Origin: Octopus bimaculoides
Lineage: Eukaryota
Assembly: GCF_001194135.2 (NCBI RefSeq)
Contig: NC_068994.1
Span: 34,891,349-34,923,972 of the forward strand
Length of the DNA stretch: 32,624 bases
Reading direction: 5' to 3'
Below the pieces are notes generated by a model that made no database searches, had not been told where the DNA came from, and saw only the letters and a list, made by a program, of their open reading frames with translations. Both the position numbers and the translations under genes were made by a program. Shown here in pieces: positions 1 through 10,907 of this stretch (positions are counted from its first letter, which is position 1; each line of letters starts with the position of its first letter).

Positions 1-8
1 CATACATC

Positions 9-47
<39 letters not shown>

Positions 48-269
48 CTTAATATATATCATTTAATATATACAGGATTTAAATGTTAGCTACTATAAGT
101 TTCATGCTCTGTTGGAACAATAGTTAAGACAAGTTTGTATTGTGTGTCAAGTACTATCATGCAATCTTTCAGGTTCCACCTGCAAAATTGCTGACCTTAT
201 ACTAAAATCAGAAACCAATGTTGTTTTTATTGTTGTTTCAAGTTTGATGTGTTTGTGTGTGTTATTCAT

Positions 270-456
270 AATCATCATCATCATCATCGTTTAACGTCTG
301 CTTTCCATGCTAGCATGGGTTGGACAATTTGACTGAGGACTAGTGAAACCAGATGGCTACACCAGACTCCAATCTGATTTGGCAGAGTTTCTATAGCTGG
401 ATGCCCTTCCTAACGCCAACCACTCAGAGAGTGTAGTGGGTGCTTTTACGTGCCAC
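270..456 (-). mobile_element. RTE-type LINE 3' end or derived SINE (family C)
   Basis: Minus strand reads GTTGGCGTTAGGAAGGGCATCCAGCT..CCAACCCATGCTAGCATGGAAAGCAGACGTTAAACGATGATGATG. At least 10 related fragments occur in the window. The RTE attribution is from recognition, not a search. Confidence 0.7.
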
Positions 457-471
457 ATATATATGTATATT

Positions 472-875
472 ACGCATGGCTATGCGGTAACAAGTTTGAA
501 TTCCACTTACATGGTCTTGGGTTCAGTCCCATTGTATGGCACCTTGGGCAAGTGTCTTCCATGATACCAGTAGCCTCAGGCTGACCAAACTCTAGGGATG
601 GAAACTGAAAGAAATCTGTTGTGTGTGTATATATTTGAATGCATACAGATATGTATATGGTTGTGTGTGCATGTCTATGTGCCTATGTCTCCCATCACTG
701 CTTCACAACCAGTGTTGGTGTCTCAGCAGTTCAGCAAAAGGGACTGATAGAATATGTACCAGGCTTAAAGAAGATAGATACTGGGGTCAATTCGTTCAAC
801 TAAAAGTCTTCATAGCAGGCCTTATCATGGTCACAGTTTAATGAATGAAGCAAGTAAAATATGAAAGATTAAAGA
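472..875 (+). mobile_element. SINE family A, diverged full-length copy
   Basis: GGGTTCAGTCCC..CACCTTGGGCAAGTGTCTT..GGAAACTGAAAGAA..CTGGGGTCAAT..CAAGTAAAA, colinear with 12343-12731. Confidence 0.8.
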
Positions 876-901
876 TATATATATATATATATATATATAT
901 A

Positions 902-1631
902 NNNNNNNNNNNNNNNNNNNNNNNNNNNNNNNNNNNNNNNNNNNNNNNNNNNNNNNNNNNNNNNNNNNNNNNNNNNNNNNNNNNNNNNNNNNNNNNNNNN
1001 NNNNNNNNNNNNNNNNNNNNNNNNNNNNNNNNNNNNNNNNNNNNNNNNNNNNNNNNNNNNNNNNNNNNNNNNNNNNNNNNNNNNNNNNNNNNNNNNNNNN
1101 NNNNNNNNNNNNNNNNNNNNNNNNNNNNNNNNNNNNNNNNNNNNNNNNNNNNNNNNNNNNNNNNNNNNNNNNNNNNNNNNNNNNNNNNNNNNNNNNNNNN
1201 NNNNNNNNNNNNNNNNNNNNNNNNNNNNNNNNNNNNNNNNNNNNNNNNNNNNNNNNNNNNNNNNNNNNNNNNNNNNNNNNNNNNNNNNNNNNNNNNNNNN
1301 NNNNNNNNNNNNNNNNNNNNNNNNNNNNNNNNNNNNNNNNNNNNNNNNNNNNNNNNNNNNNNNNNNNNNNNNNNNNNNNNNNNNNNNNNNNNNNNNNNNN
1401 NNNNNNNNNNNNNNNNNNNNNNNNNNNNNNNNNNNNNNNNNNNNNNNNNNNNNNNNNNNNNNNNNNNNNNNNNNNNNNNNNNNNNNNNNNNNNNNNNNNN
1501 NNNNNNNNNNNNNNNNNNNNNNNNNNNNNNNNNNNNNNNNNNNNNNNNNNNNNNNNNNNNNNNNNNNNNNNNNNNNNNNNNNNNNNNNNNNNNNNNNNNN
1601 NNNNNNNNNNNNNNNNNNNNNNNNNNNNNNN
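902..1631. other. Assembly gap (N-run)
   Basis: Other gaps: 4888-5179, 14277-14943, 16006-16521, 22523-22823, 24119-24198, 26598-27132. Most abut simple repeats, typical of short-read scaffolds. Confidence 1.
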
Positions 1632-2821
1632 NTATATATATATATATATATATATATTTCCAGAATGGAAAGTGGATGTTAAACGATGACTACGACGACG
1701 ACGACGCTGATGATGATGATATATATATAATGGGGGCCTTAGCTCCCAAATTTTAGACATTTTTTATGATCTAAAACTAGGTCAAAAGTACTGAATGGAT
1801 CTTTATGAAATTTCAAAAGTATATTCTGTGCATAATGGCCATAACGCCCATGAAAATTCATATGCTGCTGATGAAATTTTAACCATAGATATTAGACACA
1901 AATGAAGTAATATTTCTAAAATTTCATCTTCTTAGTAGTTACAAAGACCCCTTCATGCGGATTTAACACCCACAATTTAGGTCATTTTATCTAAGCAAAG
2001 ACGAATACAGTTGTTCTCTTGGATGCTGTAGTAGGGTCACCCGAGCATAAAAGATGAGCATTATTTGTAATTCAATGGTACAACAGTGTAAGAGTTTGCT
2101 TTGAGATATACTTAGATTGTGATTTCTGCAATGTGGTGCATAAATTGTCAAATAAAAGAGAGGCATCTTTGCCTCCACTGATTCAGTTGCAAAGTATTTA
2201 GTAAAGTTATTTGGTTGCAGACCTCCTTTGAGTCTTTTTATTATCACCAGGTCACACATAGTCCCCCAATGGTAACATTGATTTCAAGACCTTCCCAGAT
2301 GAGTGACTGGTTGTTCTAAGATATTTATAGATTGTAAATTTATTCTGTCCAGTTACCTCTCGGTATAGTGGTCATTTGCAAACTCCAGAGGTGACACTTT
2401 CATTTCCCCTTAGCCTTCACGTCACACAGTTGTTAATGTTTGAGTTGGGTCATGCCCTTCCAATTGCTATAGATCTGTAATGCATCTTACGGCTGTGCCT
2501 GTCACCTGTATGGTGAGGAATCCTACATTGGGGAGTAGTAATGACTAGGGTAGGGTAGCTGACTGCTTATTGTGATCATTCGTCGTTTGGTTTCCTGTAG
2601 CTTTGCTCTCTTTTACAAACCCAGTGAACATACATATATTTCCTATTTCAAAGAAATTCAAACAATACATATAAGACCCAAGTTAAAAACATTCCCAACA
2701 ATTCTACTTCTCTGGTTGACATTAACACACCCACCCCAAATAGCTCCAAGCGCTCCATTTTTCAGGAGCAAAATCCTTTTTACAGGGTCCATAACACTAG
2801 AATTTTCGAATATGCGCATAA

Positions 2822-3045
2822 ATATCAGATATATAAAGATGAGAATGTGTGTCAGTGTGAATCCCTAAAACTCGAGAACTACACAACCAATTTCATTCCA
2901 AATTAACACATGCCTTACTTAGGGTCCAAGTAGTGTCGTAGGCCAAAGCAATTTTTAACTTCTTGCATAGTTCGAGCCCACAGCAATATCATATCTCCTC
3001 CACTATTTCAGTATTACGTGTCAAAAGTGAAACAATAATACATAC
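2822..3045 (+). mobile_element. Possible non-autonomous Helitron/Helentron-like element 5' region
   Basis: TATATAAAGATGAGAATGTGTGT..CCCTAAAACTCGAGAACTACACAACCAATTTCATTCCAAATT resembles the 5' motif of non-autonomous rolling-circle elements (ATAAA..TGTTTG..AACTCGAGAAC..CCGATTT). No 3' hairpin/CTAG end was identified. Confidence 0.35.
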
Positions 3046-3645
3046 ATATATATACACACAATAGACACAGACTCCAAAAAAGAAATTAAAAAGCATGTCT
3101 GTAAGAGATAGTATCTCTGGACAAATTCTGCTGTAAATTTTGCTTATCACGATGTATATACTTTAGGTATGACACATAAATGGCTATTTTAATCAAACAC
3201 TACTTCTGTTGCACATAATTGAAGCATATGTGTGTTGATGTGTGTATGAGTGTCTTCATATGTGCAGCAAGGTTGAATGGTCAAGGTATTTTCCTAGATC
3301 TGACTTCATAACATAATATTTTTGTCATGAGTGATAAAAAATAGCCTCAGATTAACCGAAATGTTTTGGGTGAAATTACATGGACAGAATTTACATGGGA
3401 GGTCTGCCAAATGAATTGTTTCTGTAATTCAAAAGCACAGCTTTATCAGACACAGCACGCCACACACACTGTATCCCGCTGATTCTACATGTGGATTACA
3501 TTAAGAATAATGAGAAATATTGAGCCACTTACAAATTAATTCAATCTGTAGACAAGTCCATTTGATTGAAAAACTAAAATCTCATCTTCAAAAGCAATGG
3601 AGAACTAAATATTTGCACACATACTCATGCACACACATATATATA

Positions 3646-4050
3646 GGCACAGGTGTGCCTATATATATTGGCTGGTTAGAGGTTTGCTTCCCAACCACAT
3701 GTTTTGAGGTTCAGTTCCACTGCATGGCACTTTGAGCAAGGGTCTTCTATTATAACCTCGGGTCAACCAAAGCATTGTGAGTGGATTTGAAAGACGGAAA
3801 CTGAAAGAAGACCACCGCATACATGTGTGTGTGTGTGTGTGTGTGTTTTGTGCTAGTGTTTGACAATCAGAGTTGGTATGTTTACATCCCCATAACTTAT
3901 TGGTTTGTCAAAAGAGGTCAATAGAACAAGTACCAGACATTAAAACAAAAATACACTGGGGTCAATTCGTTCATCTAAAATTCTTCAGAGCAGAGCCGTA
4001 GCATGGCCACAGTCTAATGACTGGCACAAGTAAAAGATAAGAAAAGATAA
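3646..4050 (+). mobile_element. SINE family A, full-length copy
   Basis: Colinear with 12343-12731, ending AGTAAAAGATAAGAAAAGATAAA. Confidence 0.85.
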
Positions 4051-4085
4051 AGGACACACAAGTACATGAGTGTGTGGGGAAGCAG

Positions 4086-4205
4086 GTACAGGCATGTTTG
4101 TATGGTTAGGAAGTTTGCTTCTAAATCATGTAGTTTTGGATACAGTCCCACAGCATGGCACCTTGGGCAACTGTCTTCTACTATAGCCATGAACCGACCA
4201 AGCCC
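4086..4205 (+). mobile_element. SINE family A, 5' part
   Basis: Head and CORE-like CACCTTGGGCAACTGTCTTCTACTATAGCC, truncated at a (GT)n tract. Confidence 0.75.
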
Positions 4206-4384
4206 ATCATATGTGTGTGTGTGTGTGAGTGCATGTGTACTTAAGTGTATGTGTGTGTGTGCATGAGTATGTATTCCTGTTTAGATATGTGTATGCTGAC
4301 AGCAAATGTGTCAGTATAAAAAGTATCATTTACGGACTTTTTCTTGTTTGATAGATAAGTCTCTTTGCCTGAAAATAGGTGAGG

Positions 4385-4495
4385 GTTGTAACAGCAAGAG
4401 CATCTGGCAGTAGAGAAAAAAATTCTGTCTCAGCAAAGTTATCATCTAACCCATGCAAGCAAAGAAATATGGTCATTAAAACACTGATGATGATA
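4385..4495 (+). mobile_element. Family C variant 3' tail
   Basis: AAGAGCATCTGGCAGTAGA..CTAACCCATGCAAGC..TTAAAACACTGATGATGAT. Similar short tails occur at about 1660-1720, 5750-5790 (minus) and 21160-21240. Confidence 0.55.
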
Positions 4496-4506
4496 TATAT
4501 ACATGC

Positions 4507-4537
<31 letters not shown>

Positions 4538-4833
4538 TGTATGTGTGAATGTATGCACGTATTTGTGTGCACGTGTGTGTGTGTGCCCATGTATGTATGT
4601 CTGTATATATGTATGTATGTATGTAAAATTTTTCATTAGCCAAAATTGCTACTAAAGTGGATCAAAGGTGTCTAGTGTTTTCTACTAATCTATTTATCAA
4701 AAACACAAACAAACACACACACACACACAGACATACTCATGCATATACACACATATCCATGCACAAAACCCCATGCCCTTGAGTCACATGGGTTGCAATG
4801 TCAATTAATAAGACCATATAATATATACATATA

Positions 4834-4887
<54 letters not shown>

Positions 4888-5241
4888 NNNNNNNNNNNNN
4901 NNNNNNNNNNNNNNNNNNNNNNNNNNNNNNNNNNNNNNNNNNNNNNNNNNNNNNNNNNNNNNNNNNNNNNNNNNNNNNNNNNNNNNNNNNNNNNNNNNNN
5001 NNNNNNNNNNNNNNNNNNNNNNNNNNNNNNNNNNNNNNNNNNNNNNNNNNNNNNNNNNNNNNNNNNNNNNNNNNNNNNNNNNNNNNNNNNNNNNNNNNNN
5101 NNNNNNNNNNNNNNNNNNNNNNNNNNNNNNNNNNNNNNNNNNNNNNNNNNNNNNNNNNNNNNNNNNNNNNNNNNNNNNNATATCTATATATATATACATA
5201 TCTATATATACAGATATATATATATATATATATACATACAC

Positions 5242-5279
<38 letters not shown>

Positions 5280-5499
5280 TAATGTAGCATATCAAAATCT
5301 ATATATATGCTTGTATGTGTATATTTTTCAATATCGATATACCGTGAAATATCAAAGGAAATACTCATTTGGAATGGCTACTTGACTTCACCGGAATCAA
5401 TGAATGTAATCAATGCACAATATTCTTCAATTCCAAGACTGGAAACAATCTCAGTAGCTTAATGCCATTAGAGTGAAGTGTACTTTTACACCTACTAAA

Positions 5500-6336
5500 G
5501 CACCACCACCATCATCATCATCATTGCAACTACAATTAACACGTGTCAGCCCCACTTCACACAGCAACCCCCACAACTTCACTGTGCCATCACCGCCACC
5601 ACCATCATCATAATTACAACTATTATAATGATTATCACCATCACTACTACCATCATCACCACGGTCACATAGCAGTCACCACTGTCATGATTACCACTTC
5701 TATGATTACGATCAACACTGCTCCATCATCTTCATCATCATCATCATCATCATCATTTACTGTCCATTTTCCATGCTGTAATGGGTTGGACTATCACAAC
5801 AAAAAACACCCCTCCTATACTACACTTTCACTATCTCCTTAACTCCACACCACAACCTACTAGTGCTACAACAATCACTAAAACTAATCCTACGACATCT
5901 ACTATTCTATACCACAACCTTCAGCACTGTCCCATGCTAGCACCACCATTCCCACTAACACCACCACACTCACCCAAACCACTACTAACACATCATTACT
6001 CACACACCACAGCCTATACCAATCTCACAATCCCTTTTGATGCGAAAATCACACACACCCCCTCTGTATTCCCGCCACACTCACCACACATGCATAATCA
6101 CACATAAGCACATCCAGCCACATGTACACATGCACACACACACACACACACATACTGAATTAACAAACACACAGACACACTCATGGACACCATTACACAA
6201 ATTCATGTACACACAAACATACGTGCACAACACACGTATACAGGCATACATGCACATGCATACAACTACACATGGATACATTTACACACACTCATGCATA
6301 ACAACACACAAATATACATAGATATATGCACATATT

Positions 6337-6388
<52 letters not shown>

Positions 6389-6460
6389 CTCACACACACA
6401 CGCACATACACACAAACACACAGACACACACTTAAAGGAACTTTCTCACAAGCATGCATT
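5500..6460. repeat. CAC/CAT/CA low-complexity tract with a (TA)n run
   Basis: Directly visible; source of the His/Thr-rich pseudo-ORFs. Confidence 0.85.
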
Positions 6461-6804
6461 CACACATAGCTACTATGATGCATGTTTGGATGTTAGTGGT
6501 ATTGCCTCATATTTCAACACCTGTCTTTTATCGTGTCACCTCTGTCCTCCTTGATACAACTACCAATAGCTTCACCACTAACAACAACAACATTGTCAAC
6601 AAGGTTCGAATGAGATGATTGGCCACAGTTGTTTGGATGCTGATGATCGGAACAGCTGACTGGATATCCAACTTGTTTCGGCAATGGTACGTTTTGATGC
6701 TAGAGGAAAATACACACCCACGCATGCACATACAGAAATTACACATAAGGATAGAGGGTGAGAGAGTGAGAGAGTGAGAGAAGAACATTACAATTCATTC
6801 CTGA

Positions 6805-7265
6805 TCATGACCAGTGCCGGTGACATGTAAAAAGCACCCATGAAGGTGGCATGTAAAAGTTTCCAGTGCCAGTGACATAAAAGGAAGCCATGCTGGTGAT
6901 ATGTAAAAGGAAGCCCATGCTCTTGACTTGTAAAGGGCACCTGTGCCATTAACACATAAAAGGGCACACAGGCCAGTGACACATTAAAGGTACTTGTGCC
7001 AGTGATATGTAGAAGGTACCCATGTCAGTGACCTGTAAGAAGACACACCCAGGCTGGTGACATGCAAATGGCACCCTTGCTAGTGACACATAACAGACAT
7101 CTAGTATACTCTGTAAAGTGGATGGCATTAGGAAGGGCATCCAGCAGTAGAAACCAAGCCAAAACAGAGGAGTCAAGCCTGGTGCAGCTCTCTGGCTTAC
7201 CAGCTCCAGTGAAACCATTAAACCCATGCCCAGCATGGAAAGTGGACATTGCATGATGATGATGA
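6805..7265 (+). mobile_element. Family C (RTE-type 3' end) with an internal minisatellite
   Basis: About ten degenerate 25-29 bp units (CCAGTGCCGGTGACATGTAAAAAGCAC-like) at 6810-7095, then TTAGGAAGGGCATCCAGC..CCCATGCCCAGCATGGAAAGTGGACATT and a (GAT)n tail. Confidence 0.75.
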
Positions 7266-7809
7266 TTGGCACAAACACTTCCCCTCTCCTCATACGCATA
7301 AAGGAAATATGCTGACATGCATAAACAGAGAAAGGGAGAAGAAAGGTGATGGCAGTAGGAGGAGGAGAGAGCAAGAGTGAGAGAGAAACATGAAAACAAG
7401 AGAAACATTAAAACATTCTGATGTCACATAAGTCAGTGTTATACCAGTGATGTCAAAACAGCAGTGCCAAAATGTCTCCTATCCCAACCAGATAGTATGT
7501 GCAGGGGTACTGGTAATTGGTGTTACAATCAACACCACTACAACTGCCATTAACATCAATGCCACCACCACCAACATTATCATATTTATGTTTCAAAATT
7601 TGGTGATCATAGGCAAGACACCATATAAATACTTCACTGAACTCACAGTCTTCTTTTACCACACACAAATATTGAGAGCCTACATCGGTCAAGTTTTACA
7701 GTACCTCTACAAATCTATTCATGAAGGTTGTTGCGAGATTTTTCTTTTCTTTTCTTTTGAGGAAGCCTGGCAGTTGCCCATGTATGCAAATCGCTTTTCA
7801 CCAAATTAC

Positions 7810-7899
7810 CAATGCTTATCCAAGGAAAAGGCTGCCAACTTTGGCCAGTGCAGTTTAGCACCAACGTTGTCACGGGCATTGCTGTCAGAATGCAAAGGA
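7810..7899 (-). other. Candidate 90-nt internal exon of an unidentified host gene
   Basis: Acceptor TGTTTCTGTTTCAG and donor ATTG|GTAATT. Length is divisible by 3 and two frames are open (PLHSDSNARDNVGAKLHWPKLAAFSLDKH or LCILTAMPVTTLVLNCTGQSWQPFPWISI). No protein family recognised. Confidence 0.25.
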
Positions 7900-7998
7900 C
7901 TGAAACAGAAACATCAACGTATCTCACTTGACCCTCTAACACCTCCATTAATACACCATTCGAGGATGGTGCATTTTTATTTTTCATTTTTTTTTTTT

Positions 7999-8068
7999 AT
8001 CAACTCAGAAAGGATGAAGGGCAATATAAACTTTAGCAGTATTTGAGCTCAGAGTACCGAATTCAAAT
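7999..8068 (-). mobile_element. SINE family B, central fragment
   Basis: ATCAACTCAGAAAGGATGAAGGGCAATATAAACTTTAGCAGTATTTGAGCTCAGA. Confidence 0.6.
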
Positions 8069-8593
8069 TGATGTCACAATCTACCCAACACTCAAGCAAC
8101 CCTTCCAATTCAATGTCTGCAAAAAGTTCTGAAAGAAGATTTGATGTGGCAGAGGCTGAATTAAACAGCACGGGTGTAGTGTTAATCCTACCACACCATG
8201 TTCCTGCTATAACAGTAGTAGTCTAAGTCTATTCTCTACCAGATTCCCATTAAAGCGGTTATGAACAACACACAGAGAAAAAGAAGAGGAAATACTAAAA
8301 TTATACAAAGGATCAGGTTGCAACTTTGTAGTTAAGTATGTTTATGACTCACTGTTAATGGTGCCCCTCATTGCTGTTCTTTATTTTGTTTTTAATCGAA
8401 AAAATGAATTTTGGTGATGAAATGAATGTGATGAACCAAGCACTTTGTGAGGTAAATGAGCAAGGCCAAGACTCTCTACAATTGAGGAAATCATTGGTAA
8501 ACTTTTCATCTAAAGAGTTTACCCTTATGCAGATAATGTGAGCAATTTGGACAATCAAATCGGTGAAAATGGTGAGGAAAATAGCAATTCAGG

Positions 8594-8784
8594 TGAACAA
8601 ATATAATAGTTGAGAGATAAGCCTATTATTTTTATTCTCTTGATTTTTTTGTTTGTTTTTATGAATCTGCCCATTAGTTTTCCTGCAGTGAACAAATGCA
8701 GTAGTTGAGAGATAGACCTATTATTGTTATTCTGAACATTTTCTTTTTTATTTTTGTGTGTGATTTTCTCTATTAGCTGGCCTG
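8594..8784. repeat. Diverged tandem duplication, period about 95 bp
   Basis: TGAACAAAT..TAGTTGAGAGATA..CCTATTATT.TTATTCT at 8594 and 8689, both ending ATTAG....CCTG. Confidence 0.75.
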
Positions 8785-9227
8785 AAATCATTACTCTTGA
8801 GCTGTGTATGCAGTTATTTATTTTTTGCTCAAGAGCATAGATGAAGGGTAAAGTTAGACAAAAGGGTCCAGGTTTGAGAAGGTGAAGCATCACTCCTTGA
8901 GGTATTTGGACTCTGTTGTAATTAACTAATAAGGAGATCTACCTTCCCAAAAATAATTGATACAAGCATGTGCACCATTATGTCACATGTTTATTGTAAA
9001 GTTCACCACCAGTGACTTAAAAGGTTAATCATTGGTTTATCACTTCAGGAATATTGCCAGAGTACAAGTGGAGAAAATATAAATCAAAATGTTTTTGTTT
9101 TTTTTTATCAACAACGCATTTAGGTTGAGAAAATAGACCAGGAAACAGATAATCTTCAAAATCTGTGACAGGAAAAATGAACTGAAATCCAACCTATGAT
9201 ATTTTGCAGCATCTAGCAGTGTTATTT

Positions 9228-9600
9228 TCTGTGTAGCTGTTTAGTTATTGAAGTTAATTTCACAAACATATGGTTTCAGGTTCAGTTCCATTGCATGACA
9301 GCTTGTGCAGATGTCTTCTGCTATAGTACTTTGGAATTTGGTGAACAGAAAGCATAGAAGCCCACCAAACAGACACACACACATGTGTATATACATTTAT
9401 GTATATATGCATAAATGTGTGTGTGTGTGTGGGTGTGCATCGTTGAGATTGCATTTGTTCCCTCACTGCTTGACAACCAGTGTTGGTTTGTTTACATCCC
9501 CATAACTCACCAGATCAGCTAAAAGACACTGGTGGAATAAGTACCTTGCTTAAAATAAAAGCACTGAGCTTGGTTAGCTAAACTAAACCCATAAATATTA
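9228..9600 (+). mobile_element. SINE family A, old diverged copy
   Basis: GGTTCAGTTCCA..GTCTTCTGCTATAG..GCTTGACAACCAGTGTTGGT..GAATAAGTACC. Confidence 0.7.
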
Positions 9601-9974
9601 AGTGCCCCACAATCTAAAGAATAAGGTTGTTTCCACAATCTAAAGAATAAGAGAAGAAAAAGAATAAAAGAATATGCTTGCCAATACTCTACCACCTCTC
9701 CTTCACAGCCATATGCTCTTCTCTTTTCTTCTTTGTCTTCTTCTTTCTCCCTTTCCCCCTCACTCACTCTCTCTTTCCCTCTTTCTCTCACTTTATCCTT
9801 CTCCTACCAACACTGTAATATCTTCAGCTCTTAACCCATTTTAACCCAGGTTAACCCTGTCAAAACATAAATAGGGATAACAAACATACAGAAGCATCCA
9901 GTTAACCTTTATAAACCAAATACAACTGTCCTCAAATGAGTACAGTGGGTTAATATCTCACTGATCTTGTGCCA

Positions 9975-10200
9975 CCTCTATTCTGAAACACTCAACTCAT
10001 TCATCTCTTCTCCTCCTCACATTTCCCTTAGTATAACTACTCCACTTGGTACTTGCACTAAACATTATTACCAGTCCTTCTTCTCAAGAACATTAATCCT
10101 TTGGAGTTCTCCCAATGCTAATATTTTTCTTGCAGCTATAAACTTACAATTATTCCAAAGAAACATTAGCCATGTCAATCTTACCTATGCCAGAGACCCT
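9975..10200 (+). mobile_element. Degenerate C-terminus of a CR1-group (CR1/L2/Crack-like) LINE ORF2
   Basis: ORF 9967-10317 contains TKHYYQSFFSRTLILWSSPNANIFLAAINLQLFQRNISHVNL, resembling the SFFPRT..LWN.LP..FP..NL..FK..N terminal motif. Confidence 0.55.
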
Positions 10201-10513
10201 GTAATAGTAAATGGAATGATCCATCCTCCTGTCTTCCAAATCAATATATGTAAGAAAACTGCAATGAAATACATACAGTGGAACTTAAATCAGAACTTAT
10301 TTATAAATCGTTTTTAATGATGGAACTTGAAGTAGATAAAGGTAATAAATAATAGTCTGTAAATATTAGGTTAAACATCATTTAGATTAAAAATTTCAAA
10401 GGTTGTCTGTTGGATGCAAATCAGCATCATCTGTAGATATGAAATGTTCTACCATTTAATCAGAAGTTCAATACTTTATCAACATTGCTATTTAACTATT
10501 ATTAATTATACTT

Positions 10514-10708
10514 AAGGCAGCATTTCGTCCATCTTCGTGTTCTGAGTTCTAATTCTGTTGAGGTCAACTGTGCTTTTCATCCTTTTTGGGATCGATAAAA
10601 TAAGAAGCAGTTGAGTACTGGGGTCGATGTAATAGACTTCACTCTCCTCCTCCCCACCACCACCACCATCAAAGTCCAGGCCCTGTGCCTATAGTAGAAA
10701 GGATCATT
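10514..10708 (+). mobile_element. SINE family B copy
   Basis: TTCTGAGTTCTAATT..CTTTTCATCCTTTTTGGGATCGATAAAATAAG..CTGGGGTCGATGTAAT..CCTGTGCCTATAGTAGAAAGGATCATT. Confidence 0.8.
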
Positions 10709-10907
10709 AATTATACTTTTTATGTAAAGAGGTTTCAGTCATTTGACTGTGACATTGCTGAAACAATGCATTAAAGAATTTTAAATATATTGTGTCTGTC
10801 TTAGTATTTATTTTGGGGCTCAATTTTTACCCCTCCCTTTGTTTTTGTCCAAAGTTCAAAATCCCTTTACAAAATAAACAGCAATCAAGTTTTGACATTA
10901 AAATATA

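Noticed and set aside
831-1760. Long ORFs (160-360 aa) spanning N-runs, here and at 4.7-5.4, 14-15, 15.7-16.7, 22.3-23.2, 24.0-24.4 and 26.5-27.2 kb
   Set aside because: They are open only because N codons contain no stops; the flanks are YI/CV/HT dipeptide repeats from microsatellites.
7447-8046. 199-aa plus-strand ORF
   Set aside because: It begins in a CAC/CAA low-complexity run, crosses poly-T tracts, ends in an antisense SINE B fragment, and has no recognisable domain. Only a low-confidence exon hypothesis is retained.
8404-8606. Acidic, protein-like plus-strand stretch (MNFGDEMNV..DNQIGENGEENSNSGEQI)
   Set aside because: It needs a frameshift, has no splice signals I trust, and no family is recognised.
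9831-9860. Interstitial telomeric repeat
   Set aside because: The unit is TTAACCC with a 10-bp period, not a tandem TTAGGG/CCCTAA hexamer.
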